From Corallochytrium limacisporum Hawaii (lineage: Eukaryota > Protista > Pluriformea): a stretch of 64,000 nucleotides of DNA. Of the stretch, positions 32,489 to 42,217 are shown in pieces; position 1 is the stretch's first letter; each line of letters starts with the position of its first letter. The stretch spans positions 263,177 through 327,176 of the forward strand of contig PDIP01000030.1 in assembly GCA_002811645.1 (NCBI GenBank), read 5' to 3'. A program made the position numbers and the translations under genes. The notes beneath the pieces are model-generated. The model made no database searches. It was not told the DNA's origin and saw only the letters and a program-made list of their open reading frames with translations.

Positions 32489-35400
32489 ATGCTACGGGTC
32501 GCAGTGGCCCAAGGCAGGCCATATGTCTGGTCTAGAGTTGCCGTCCTGCTGCAGCGGCACCCACAGCGGTCTTCAGCTGTGTTCGCGACCGCCCACCACA
32601 GGTACTGCTATGGTATCACCACAAGCGCTCGAAAGTTGGGCTCATCAACCTCGAAGGAGAACAATGGGAACCCGTCGAATAGGTCTCCGGTACCCAAGGG
32701 CTACGTAGCCGGCGGTGCAGAACTGTCCCAGAGCGGCTGGTGGCAGGCGCATTTGAAGTGGATGGACCGTAAGTACGCTCTGCGGCAGGACATGTTCCTG
32801 GTGGGTCCTCCGGGACCAATGCGCCGTCGGCTGGCGCTAGAATTTGCTGAGTCGCGCGGGTTGGGGGTGGAGTACCTATACATCAGCCGCGACAGCACGG
32901 ACTCCGACCTTCGCCAGCAGCGGGAGATCATTAACGGTTCACTGACCTTCAAGGATGCAGCGCCTGTAAAAGCTGCTCTGAATGGCTCGCTGCTCATCCT
33001 GGACGGTGTGGAAAGGGCAGAACGGAACGTATTACCAACACTTAACAATTTGCTCGAGAACCGTGAGATGGTCCTCAGCGACGGACGGAGGATGGTTGAT
33101 CACGACCTCTACGATACACTTCAGGCCAGACATAGCGGAGCAGCTGGAGCACCGGATGGGGAACCATTGGAACGCGTGAGCGACAATTTTGTGGTCATTG
33201 CGCTCGGTGTGCCCTCACCACCGTACCCGGGATCCTCACTAGATCCGCCATTGCGCAGCCGCTTTCAGGCGCGGTGGGTCGGCAACCCGGACCTGCGCGA
33301 AGAGATTGCCATCCTTGCAGGTATGCTCCATGCCAGTGGAGCTCATTCTAAGCTCACACAAGACCAGATGTCGTTCTTGCGCCGCCTTCTGACGGTCGCG
33401 GGCACGCTGCGTAAGGATGAGCATGAAGCCGGACGGTCTATAGAACGCATCCCGCACTTTGGACACGAGCTCGTAAAGGACGCCCTACGGATCTTGCTAT
33501 TTCCGCAGGCCAACGGGGCACCATCGACGGTGGAAGGTGCGCTTGCCACGGTCTACCCTTTCCCAGCCCTACCATTGCGACCGCAGGAGCGCATATTGCA
33601 GGCTCTACAGAGCCTGGGCATGCTTCAACATGCACAACTGGCCAATAGTGGCAGCAAAGGAAACAAGGCTGGTGTAGAGAAGGCACTGGACGTGCTTGAG
33701 GCCAGTGCAGTCCTGCAATATCGCGCTGGAGACATGCGTCTGCAACCGTTCCAGGAGGGAGAGGTGACGCATCTGTGGGCGCAGGCCAAACCAGTCTACG
33801 AGACAGCCAACACCTCCGGCACAGAGTACGAAGTGGAGAATAAGGTCCTTAGTTCCAGTGATTTGTCAGCGGAGGATCTTCTCAACAAGGGTCAATTCAT
33901 TCCGCAGCCGCTGCCTTTTGACCATCACCGGAAGCATCCGCCGACTCAGTGGCTTAGCCAGTTCCTCACCACCAAGACAGAGAGCACTGTACAGCCTTCC
34001 AATCTGGCACAAGAACAGCAATTTGCGCATGCAAGGCACACAGAAGACATATTCGTACCAATTCCAAAGCGTACATTGCCGCTGTTGAGCACAATTGCCA
34101 TGGATCTGCTCCAAGGCCATCATACCTGCCTCATCGGTCCCAAGGGCTGCGGCAAGAGTCGCAGTATCGAGATGTTGCTGTCTTGGATGGGAGTTGACTA
34201 CGTCACGGTCCCCCTGTACCGGGACATGACTGTGCGAGAACTGTTGCAACGCAGAACCACAACTGCCTCTGGTGATACCGTTTGGGTGGACGCCCCGCTT
34301 GTGCGTGCCCTTACGAGAGGTGACTGGGTCGTCCTCGATGGCTTGCACCACCTCACACCCGACACAGCTCTAGCAATAAGTCGTTTGCTTGAAGATGGTG
34401 AACTGAATCTGCCGGACGGACGCGTACTGCAACGCACTGACCGCCTCTCCGCGGAAGGAGTACATATTCGCCCATCATTTCGTGCTATTGGTATCGCAGA
34501 GCCTGCAGACACTAGCGCAAAGGGCTCCAGTGGAGATGGTGAGCACTGGTTGGGAGCCGAATTGATGCACATGTTCCGCTTCCATTTCATGCCAGAAATG
34601 CAACTGCAGCACTGCCGTATGATCATGGAGAAGCTGTTCCTACCGTCCCATGACAGTGCCTCAGGTGGTGTGAAGCAAACTGAGAACGGCCTGACTCTGA
34701 ACGATGCCCAGCGCCAGCACTTTGCTGAACTCTTAAGCATTCTGGCCCGTTTTCGAGGCCTCGGAGGCGACTACGGGACAAAGGTAACTGACATCAAGGA
34801 AACGTCGTCCATCGAAGCCCTGGCCGCGTCCCAGAGCAGCAATAGTCAAGACATGGTGCTGTCTTTGCGCCAATTCTTACGCATTGCGAAACTGACCCTG
34901 GTTGGTGGCCAAAGTCCGGCCGCAGCGGCACGTAGAAATTTGCTCATTGACTTTGTGCCGCCACACCTTCGCGATGGCTACGATGCGCTCTTGCCACCGG
35001 CCGCCGCGACCTCTGCAGAAGTGCTTGATATTGACACGTCCGATGGACAACTTACCATTGGAGGTGCGTCCGCCCGCATCACTCCGGAAAGTGAGATCAG
35101 TGACCCTGCGCTCGTGCCCAAGGTGACACTGTTTGGCATTCAGGCACACCTGCAACACATGCAACGCATTTTGACGGACTGGCAGGTCGGTGAACGTCAC
35201 ATCATGCTCATCGGCCCCCAGGGTACAGGCAAAAACCGCATCATTGACGGTCTGCTAATGATGCTGAATCGAGAACGGGAGTACATTCAGTTACACCGTG
35301 ACACTACTGTTGAGAGCATCACCTGCATGCCGTCGCTAGAGAGCGGTCGTGTAACCTGGCACGACAGTGCACTGATCCGTGCTTGCCGCAAGGGCCAGAT

Positions 35401-38400
35401 TTTGGTTGTTGACGAAGCGGACAAAGCCCCTGTGGAAGTTGTAAGTGTGTTGAAGGCCCTGGTTGTGGATGGCCATTTGCTTTTGCCAGATGGCCGGCGG
35501 TTGATGACCCAACATGATCGTGAGGTCGAAGGGGCAGTAGTGGATGCGGACGACGTGATTCCGGTCCATCCGGATTTTGGTCTAATTGTACTGGCCAACC
35601 GGCCAGGTTTCCCATTCCTCGGCAATGATCTTTTCCGCGAGTGTGGTGACATTTTCAGCTGCCATGTCATTAACAACCCGGACACAGCATCCGAGGTTGA
35701 GTTGCTGAAAGGTTACGCCCCGGATGTCGACGAGCGAATTCTTCAGGGCTTGAGTCGTGCTTTCCATGGCCTTCGCGACCGTGTCAGTGCTGGAGAGCTC
35801 AGCTATCCGTACTCGACACGTGAACTGGTAAACATATCCAAGCACCTGCAAAAATTCCCTGAGGATCCAGTAGCTGAGGTTATGCGCTCTGTTTTTGATT
35901 TCGATCGCTTGGCAGAAGAAGATTTGGATGTGGTAAGCAATATTCTCAACAGCCACGGCATTCCATTCGGCACAACCACAGAGTCCAGCGTTGTGGTTGA
36001 CGAGGAGCAGCCGCTGCGTCCAGAGGGCCCGGAGCTCACTTTGCGTATAGACATTGCTGACCCCGACGTAGTTCCCCCGCAATCACGAGACTACGTCGCT
36101 CCAGAGATGGTTATTCAGCGGAACGAGGGCATAAGTCGCAATGCTGGTTATCTCTTTGGAGACCTGCGCGAAGAAACAGACGCACTGGATCGCAGTGCCC
36201 GTGGTATTCATTTCACAGAGGAAATGGCTACCCTGCGGCTGAAGGAGGGTCTGCCGGAAGGTGTGGTGTCAACGACGTCTTTGATACCCCGGATAGCAGC
36301 CGATGGTAGTCCGCTGACTCCCGAGCCAGTGTCGGTGCTGCACTTCCTCACCCGGCACCCGCGCCGAATTCAGAGTGTCGTGTTGAATCCAAACGCACTG
36401 GAAGTACAGTGGCGGGTTATGGACTTGCCTTTCCTGCCCGAGGCACTGCATCCGGAGCTGCACATCTCGCCTGTCCCGGAAGTAGAGATATCCGCAGGCA
36501 AGCTGGATCGGGCAGTGTCCCTGCACAATCTACACATCTTTGAACCCACTACTGCTTCCATGTACTCAATGGATCCGGAAAATCCTGGAAATTCTGCTCG
36601 CCTAACAATTTTGCCTGACATTTGTCGTGAAGGGCAGGGCTATCGCGATCCAGCCCGCTTAACTACGAGCCTGATCAGCGGTGCGGCAACCAACGGGGCC
36701 AATTTCCCGGGTGTGCTTCAGGCCGATTCCATGTCTCTGCAGCAGTCTGCTGCGCTGGTCATGTACCGCAATCAGCGAGATAATATCCACATCACTGCAC
36801 TGGGCTCGGTGGAGACGGTGACGGTGGCCGTGGGAGATGAACTAGGTCATGTCGGCAGCGTATGGGCTGGGTACAAGGGCTTTGCTGTGCCATATGTGCA
36901 CGCCATGCTCATGGACCCTGTTCCTAACACCCAGACTAGTAGATACCAGAAGGGCGTCAGTCCGACAAAGTTGCCCCCGGTAATGCTTGCCTTTAAAGGT
37001 GACTTGGAGAGTGCACGTGTCCTACCCCTGTCAGCGTTTGTCGTAGATGCGCCGGAAAGCTTGGCGCAGAGGGCGAGAGACCCTGAGACTGGCGGTGAAT
37101 TCGCCGCTGAGGCACTGTTCCGCGGACCTTTGGTGGCCTCAGTAGACGATAAGGACGGTGCCATAGCGGACACGTTGTTGTCTCGCGCCAATCAAGCGAT
37201 GATCGAACACCACAACTCTGCACTCGAAAACGCCGCTCCCGCCGACCGCGAAGAATTCATCGCTCTCGACAGTCTGTCACCAACCGATACACTTCACGTT
37301 TATGGTGGTGATGAGGGGAACCTCATCTCGGTCATGGCCCTTCGACGCGGCGAACCATCTACTCTGGCCACATGGCAGCGTGACTTTAGCGCGCTGAGTC
37401 TCCTCGTCGATCCCAAGGCAAAACACCCGTCCAAGGGCAATCACGGACTGCCCGTCTACGGTGAGCATTTGCTCACTGGCGCAAATAGTACACCCCGCAC
37501 TGGTGGCATCGCTGCCATGAATACCCGCATTGCTGAACGAAAGATAGCACCTAAATCCTGGTTCATGCCCGAGCACGGACTGGTCTGTAATCTGATCCCA
37601 CGCCTGCAGTTGCTGGATGTCGTCGACCTCAAGCGCGGTACGCAACGCACGATCCGATTGAGCCGCTTCTTGGAAGCCGACGCAGGCACCGAGCATATTT
37701 TCACCCACGGCGCCGCGGTCGGTGACCAGGCAGTGGCTGTCATGTCAACATCCGGCCTAGTGCGCATTCTGCAGGTCTACGGCCCAGCGATGGACGATGA
37801 CCGCGGAATGTGGGAAAGTCGGCGGGGTGGAGATGGCCGAAGTGCGCTGGACGATGCACTGGCCGCGGCCAAGGCAGGAGAAGGGGCCGGCCCCACGGCG
37901 CAACCGCCGCAGCAGGGATCCCAATCCGCTGTGGCTGAAGCAATGGAACAGGCTATGGCACAAATGGAGGCCCAGGAAGGGGAGGTAGAAAATGGAGTTG
38001 ATGGCAACAATGCCCTGGCAACCGGGACGGCGGGATCCTTCACCGACGAGCAGCTGCGAGAAATGGAGGCGGAGTGGGAAATGATGGCAGCAGGCCAAGG
38101 TAGTGATGGCAACTTTGACGGCTCTTTCACCGAACTCTCCACTGAAGCAGGCTTGGCTCAGCCAGGCCAGCGTGGTGAAGGCGGTGGTTTTGCCATGGCT
38201 GATGTCGACGGAAACCTTGACGATGGAACCATCAGACCGACCGGCGCTGAAGCTGGCATGGGCGGCGGTGGCGGCGGCGGCGGCGGTGGTGGTGGTGGAG
38301 CGCCAGGCAGTGGCGGCGGTGGCGGCCAAGGGGCATCGCTTCAAGGCTCCGGTGCTGGTGGCTATGCGGCGGACGGTAGTGGGGGGCTCCGACTAGCGGC

Positions 38401-39355
38401 CGAAGGCCAGGGTGCAGCGCAGACGGATATGGCTCTTGAGTTGCGAGATCTTTTTGAGGCCTCGGACCCCACACGCCGCCGCAATCGTCGCAGTGACGAC
38501 GATGGCACCGCGCAGCAGGCTACAACACAGCAGGCTGGTGGTTTTAATCGCGCTGTCTCCAGCTACGGTGCGCTCCGCAGGCGCCTTGAGCGCAGCGTTA
38601 CGCGCATGCGCGTCATTCTGGAGGGTGTAGAGGCCAAGGAGAAGGAGCGTGAGTGGCTTCGCAATCAGCGCGACGGTGACCTGGATGATGCTCGTATCGT
38701 TGAGGGCGTAACAGGCGAGACGCTGATCTATCGCCGGCGCGGGCGTAAGGATGGTGGACGCAGCTGGCAGCAGCGCCTGCCAAAGCGGCTACTCTTCCTT
38801 GTAGACGTTAGCGGCAGCATGGCCCGCTTCAACAATTGGGACAAGCGGCTAGACCGTTTGGCTGACTCCATGGCTATGGTTATGGAAAGTCTACAAGACT
38901 TTGAGCACAAGTATGACTACGCTATTGTCGGACACTCGGGAGCGAGCCCGTGGATTCCACTCGTCGATTTCGGGTACCCGCCGAAGCATGACGACCAGCA
39001 ATTACAGGTTATTCGCAGCCTGTACGGCTGCGCTACGTCAGCTCCTTCTGGTGACAACACTTTGAGCTGCCTTCAGAGCGGAGTGCAGTTTGTGCGCGCA
39101 GAGGAGGCCGACGACTACCTATGCGTTATTGTCAGCGATGCGAACTTGGGACGGTACAATATTGCCCCAGAAGACTTGACTCAAGCCTTGACCAGCGACC
39201 CTTTGGTTAATGCCTATGCTGTATTCATTGCTGAAGAGAGCGCCGCTGATTTCCTCTCCCGCGCCATGCCCCTCGGCCATGCGCATACTTGCATGCAAGT
39301 CAGTGACCTGCCGGCCACTTTCCAGGACATCTTTGCTGCGGCCACACAGAATTAG
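32489..39355 (+). CDS. VWA8: von Willebrand factor A domain-containing protein 8 (mitochondrial AAA+ ATPase)
   Basis: Mitochondrial-type presequence. HLKWMDRKYALRQDMFLVGPPGPMRRRLAL, ERNVLPTLNNLLENREM, Walker A GPKGCGKS and GPQGTGKN, VVDEADKAP, YPYSTRELV. C-terminal VWA with DVSGSM MIDAS and SDANLGRYNI. Confidence 0.95.
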   Translation: MLRVAVAQGRPYVWSRVAVLLQRHPQRSSAVFATAHHRYCYGITTSARKLGSSTSKENNGNPSNRSPVPKGYVAGGAELSQSGWWQAHLKWMDRKYALRQDMFLVGPPGPMRRRLALEFAESRGLGVEYLYISRDSTDSDLRQQREIINGSLTFKDAAPVKAALNGSLLILDGVERAERNVLPTLNNLLENREMVLSDGRRMVDHDLYDTLQARHSGAAGAPDGEPLERVSDNFVVIALGVPSPPYPGSSLDPPLRSRFQARWVGNPDLREEIAILAGMLHASGAHSKLTQDQMSFLRRLLTVAGTLRKDEHEAGRSIERIPHFGHELVKDALRILLFPQANGAPSTVEGALATVYPFPALPLRPQERILQALQSLGMLQHAQLANSGSKGNKAGVEKALDVLEASAVLQYRAGDMRLQPFQEGEVTHLWAQAKPVYETANTSGTEYEVENKVLSSSDLSAEDLLNKGQFIPQPLPFDHHRKHPPTQWLSQFLTTKTESTVQPSNLAQEQQFAHARHTEDIFVPIPKRTLPLLSTIAMDLLQGHHTCLIGPKGCGKSRSIEMLLSWMGVDYVTVPLYRDMTVRELLQRRTTTASGDTVWVDAPLVRALTRGDWVVLDGLHHLTPDTALAISRLLEDGELNLPDGRVLQRTDRLSAEGVHIRPSFRAIGIAEPADTSAKGSSGDGEHWLGAELMHMFRFHFMPEMQLQHCRMIMEKLFLPSHDSASGGVKQTENGLTLNDAQRQHFAELLSILARFRGLGGDYGTKVTDIKETSSIEALAASQSSNSQDMVLSLRQFLRIAKLTLVGGQSPAAAARRNLLIDFVPPHLRDGYDALLPPAAATSAEVLDIDTSDGQLTIGGASARITPESEISDPALVPKVTLFGIQAHLQHMQRILTDWQVGERHIMLIGPQGTGKNRIIDGLLMMLNREREYIQLHRDTTVESITCMPSLESGRVTWHDSALIRACRKGQILVVDEADKAPVEVVSVLKALVVDGHLLLPDGRRLMTQHDREVEGAVVDADDVIPVHPDFGLIVLANRPGFPFLGNDLFRECGDIFSCHVINNPDTASEVELLKGYAPDVDERILQGLSRAFHGLRDRVSAGELSYPYSTRELVNISKHLQKFPEDPVAEVMRSVFDFDRLAEEDLDVVSNILNSHGIPFGTTTESSVVVDEEQPLRPEGPELTLRIDIADPDVVPPQSRDYVAPEMVIQRNEGISRNAGYLFGDLREETDALDRSARGIHFTEEMATLRLKEGLPEGVVSTTSLIPRIAADGSPLTPEPVSVLHFLTRHPRRIQSVVLNPNALEVQWRVMDLPFLPEALHPELHISPVPEVEISAGKLDRAVSLHNLHIFEPTTASMYSMDPENPGNSARLTILPDICREGQGYRDPARLTTSLISGAATNGANFPGVLQADSMSLQQSAALVMYRNQRDNIHITALGSVETVTVAVGDELGHVGSVWAGYKGFAVPYVHAMLMDPVPNTQTSRYQKGVSPTKLPPVMLAFKGDLESARVLPLSAFVVDAPESLAQRARDPETGGEFAAEALFRGPLVASVDDKDGAIADTLLSRANQAMIEHHNSALENAAPADREEFIALDSLSPTDTLHVYGGDEGNLISVMALRRGEPSTLATWQRDFSALSLLVDPKAKHPSKGNHGLPVYGEHLLTGANSTPRTGGIAAMNTRIAERKIAPKSWFMPEHGLVCNLIPRLQLLDVVDLKRGTQRTIRLSRFLEADAGTEHIFTHGAAVGDQAVAVMSTSGLVRILQVYGPAMDDDRGMWESRRGGDGRSALDDALAAAKAGEGAGPTAQPPQQGSQSAVAEAMEQAMAQMEAQEGEVENGVDGNNALATGTAGSFTDEQLREMEAEWEMMAAGQGSDGNFDGSFTELSTEAGLAQPGQRGEGGGFAMADVDGNLDDGTIRPTGAEAGMGGGGGGGGGGGGGAPGSGGGGGQGASLQGSGAGGYAADGSGGLRLAAEGQGAAQTDMALELRDLFEASDPTRRRNRRSDDDGTAQQATTQQAGGFNRAVSSYGALRRRLERSVTRMRVILEGVEAKEKEREWLRNQRDGDLDDARIVEGVTGETLIYRRRGRKDGGRSWQQRLPKRLLFLVDVSGSMARFNNWDKRLDRLADSMAMVMESLQDFEHKYDYAIVGHSGASPWIPLVDFGYPPKHDDQQLQVIRSLYGCATSAPSGDNTLSCLQSGVQFVRAEEADDYLCVIVSDANLGRYNIAPEDLTQALTSDPLVNAYAVFIAEESAADFLSRAMPLGHAHTCMQVSDLPATFQDIFAAATQN

Positions 39356-39493
39356 ATCGGTAATTAGATGTTAGCGTTCCAACTGGGAAAAACAATAAGA
39401 CGTACATAGGACCAAGATAACTGTCCAAGAACATGTAATTCGTATCACAATGACTCACAAGATTACAAACTATGCAAAGTTGCCTAAATCGCG

Positions 39494-42217
39494 TTACAAA
39501 ATCTGTGTCATCTCCAGACGGTGCGTGGTAATTGCCCCATTTGTGCTGACACCGCTGACCAAAAGTCCCAATTCTTCATCAACGGCCATGTGCACCAGTT
39601 CCACAGGACCCCGGTTCTGCCCAAGGCGGGATGCGAGCTTACCAGCAGCAAGGTCCCAGATTCGTACGTAGCCGTCCCGCGAAGCAATGGCAATCACAGC
39701 AGCTTCGTCGTCGAGTACTTTGACATCCGTCACCGCCCCGCGGAGAGATTGGGTAGATCGAGCTGCGACCAATCCGTGTGAGCTCTCCAAGACTACGTAT
39801 TGGCCCTCATCAGCGGAGGCGAGCAGGTACGTGCAATTCCTAATCCGCAGCATTATGACCAAGTCGACCGCACTATGGAACCAATCAAATGACCAGGCCA
39901 ATTGTCGTGTTTGCACATTGAAGGCAATGATCTCACCACGGGAAGTGCCCATGACAATGCACGGATGGTCAACGCCTATGGCACACACGGCAGTAATCGA
40001 GGACCCAGGTTTCAGGGAGTACACCATGCCCAGCTGGCCCGTTTCGATAAGTGCGTGCTTAGCTTGGATGCGCGCTGCATATGGATCTTCCTTGTCTGTA
40101 CTCTCCAGGTTGTCCCATGAATCCTCAAATGGATTCGCGTCATCAGGACCCCGCATTCCGATGTCCGGGCTCATGGGCGTACGTCCGCTGCCGGTCATGC
40201 CAATGCCCGCAGATTCGGCAGCTGCCATGGCGGAAGTAAGGTCCCAGCGCATGACCGCATTCATTGACCCGCTCACTACAAAGTAGACGCCCTTGTCCTC
40301 CTTGTCGTCCATGATGAGCAGCTCTTTCAGTGTGCCCGAATATCCCACAGACATTAGATCTATAGCCGCTACGCAGTACTTCTCTTCCGGGCGCCAGGCT
40401 TCGAGTTTCAAACTCTCTTCTCCGGCTATGACCAGCAACCCTCCGTGATTGCGTGCAATGATTTCCATGCGCACGCGACCCTCAATCTGCGAACGCCAAC
40501 GCGCAATAATGTCACCCTCGTTTACACCCCACAGTGCCACCTCACCGTTCATGTAGTGCACCGCAATAATTCCGTATGCGGGCTCGAGCACGACCATGCC
40601 AGTGACACAGTTACGTTGTCCCACACTCCGTCGGGATACTAACCCCATCGACCCCTGAAGGTCGGTGTTGGTCAAGTCCCAATAGTCCACGCACTCGGTA
40701 AGCGTGCCACTCACGCATACGTGGCACCCGTCCGCACTCATGGGCACCAGGAATACGTCATGCCGATCTAGAACCGGTTGTTTACAGTCTTCCGCAGTGC
40801 TCCTGTTTTTCAACTCTCGGGGTGGTGCGGCGTCCATGAATCCGTCCACTACTTCGTGAACTGTCCAGGTGCTCCACACCTGTGCCCAATCCGTGATCTT
40901 AATTTCCTCAATGGCCTCCAACTCCGGTTGTTCGCAGAGCAATCCTTCACTGCCTCCTCCGTTACTGATTTGCCGTGGTGCAAAAGTTGAGGCGTAGTAC
41001 GGAATCTTCCACACATCACAATATCGGGAAACCATTTCCCGGGTGTTGGCATTGGGTGCTAGATGGTGCCCCAAAGGATTTTCCAGGAAGTTCAACACGG
41101 CACGAATAGCAATTGCATTGTGCTCAGGTCCGAACGAATACACACCTCGCACACCTAGTTCATCTGCAAGACGCGCAAGATGGGAAGATTTGTAGCGCTT
41201 TAGCCCGATGGTCGAGCAAAACGCGAGACCTCGGATATCAGCCTCGGAGCCCAGGAAACGAAAAACAACTCCATCTCGCCCTGCCCGCAGACTAGCCTCT
41301 TTTTGTTCCTCCGGTGATACTTGCTTCTGTAGTTTTGCCTTGGTAGCACCCATTTTACCCTGCGTTCCTGCCATCGAGTCCCTTGCAGCACCGGTTGGTG
41401 CAGATTCGTCATCTGTGTCCGTCTTGCGTAATGCAGACTTCAGTCGGCGCATGATAGAAGTGTGCCGGAAAAGAGAATGGTCACCCTGTTGAGGAGACTC
41501 TGACATCGATCCTTTCGTGCTCGTTCCCCCGGGTGGTGTGGTCACAGCCTTCGTCGCTGGCATCGGTGGTGGAACCTCGTGTTCATCCGTTGGTGGTGTC
41601 ACAAAGTCCTCCAGCGGCGTCCCTGAAGTGACTGGTTGTTGTTCACCAATGCCCACACTCTCCGAAAGAGAGCTCATACCCCGTTGCTTCTGTTGCTTTG
41701 ATGGTGAAGAAGAAGTCGATGAACCTGTGTTGCGCATTTCCGTCAGCAGCTTGCCGGCTGCGGCGGCACTGTGAACCCGTAAATGGCTCAGACTGGCTTT
41801 CAGTCCGCGTCGGTCATGGCCTGCCCCGCTGTTGCTAGCTTGTCGCTGAGTAAGAACGTTCCCAGCCTGATCCGTGAACTGCCCCGGGCCGCTGTCAAGG
41901 ACAGCTGGGTGGGACTGCGCCTGGCCTGCGGCAATGCGGGTTGGATCGCTAGCGTCAGGTGAAGCGTTTGTCAGTGTTCCCACCTGGGCTGCCACGTCTC
42001 TACTCGGTGCAGTAGTGATCTCAGCAGTGCCCGTGCTTTTGCTCCGCATGTGCCCCTTCTTCTTCGAATACTTTGACTTGTTTGGAGAACATTCTCCCGA
42101 AGTGTCCTCCTCTCCTGAGGTGGCCCTCAAATTATACGATTTTGTAAAGTTCAGGGGGCTACGGGACCGGCGATTTGCCGAACCCCGCGGATCTGACGGC
42201 TTTAGTTCGTCTCCCAT
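39494..42217 (-). CDS. WD40-repeat protein with disordered N-terminus and a possible BTB/T1-like domain
   Basis: C-terminal beta-propeller repeats (IASRDGYVRIWDL, MNAVMRWDL, GTSRGEIIAFNV). First ATG at 42217 (track starts at TTG). Confidence 0.75.
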   Translation of the reverse strand: MGDELKPSDPRGSANRRSRSPLNFTKSYNLRATSGEEDTSGECSPNKSKYSKKKGHMRSKSTGTAEITTAPSRDVAAQVGTLTNASPDASDPTRIAAGQAQSHPAVLDSGPGQFTDQAGNVLTQRQASNSGAGHDRRGLKASLSHLRVHSAAAAGKLLTEMRNTGSSTSSSPSKQQKQRGMSSLSESVGIGEQQPVTSGTPLEDFVTPPTDEHEVPPPMPATKAVTTPPGGTSTKGSMSESPQQGDHSLFRHTSIMRRLKSALRKTDTDDESAPTGAARDSMAGTQGKMGATKAKLQKQVSPEEQKEASLRAGRDGVVFRFLGSEADIRGLAFCSTIGLKRYKSSHLARLADELGVRGVYSFGPEHNAIAIRAVLNFLENPLGHHLAPNANTREMVSRYCDVWKIPYYASTFAPRQISNGGGSEGLLCEQPELEAIEEIKITDWAQVWSTWTVHEVVDGFMDAAPPRELKNRSTAEDCKQPVLDRHDVFLVPMSADGCHVCVSGTLTECVDYWDLTNTDLQGSMGLVSRRSVGQRNCVTGMVVLEPAYGIIAVHYMNGEVALWGVNEGDIIARWRSQIEGRVRMEIIARNHGGLLVIAGEESLKLEAWRPEEKYCVAAIDLMSVGYSGTLKELLIMDDKEDKGVYFVVSGSMNAVMRWDLTSAMAAAESAGIGMTGSGRTPMSPDIGMRGPDDANPFEDSWDNLESTDKEDPYAARIQAKHALIETGQLGMVYSLKPGSSITAVCAIGVDHPCIVMGTSRGEIIAFNVQTRQLAWSFDWFHSAVDLVIMLRIRNCTYLLASADEGQYVVLESSHGLVAARSTQSLRGAVTDVKVLDDEAAVIAIASRDGYVRIWDLAAGKLASRLGQNRGPVELVHMAVDEELGLLVSGVSTNGAITTHRLEMTQIL

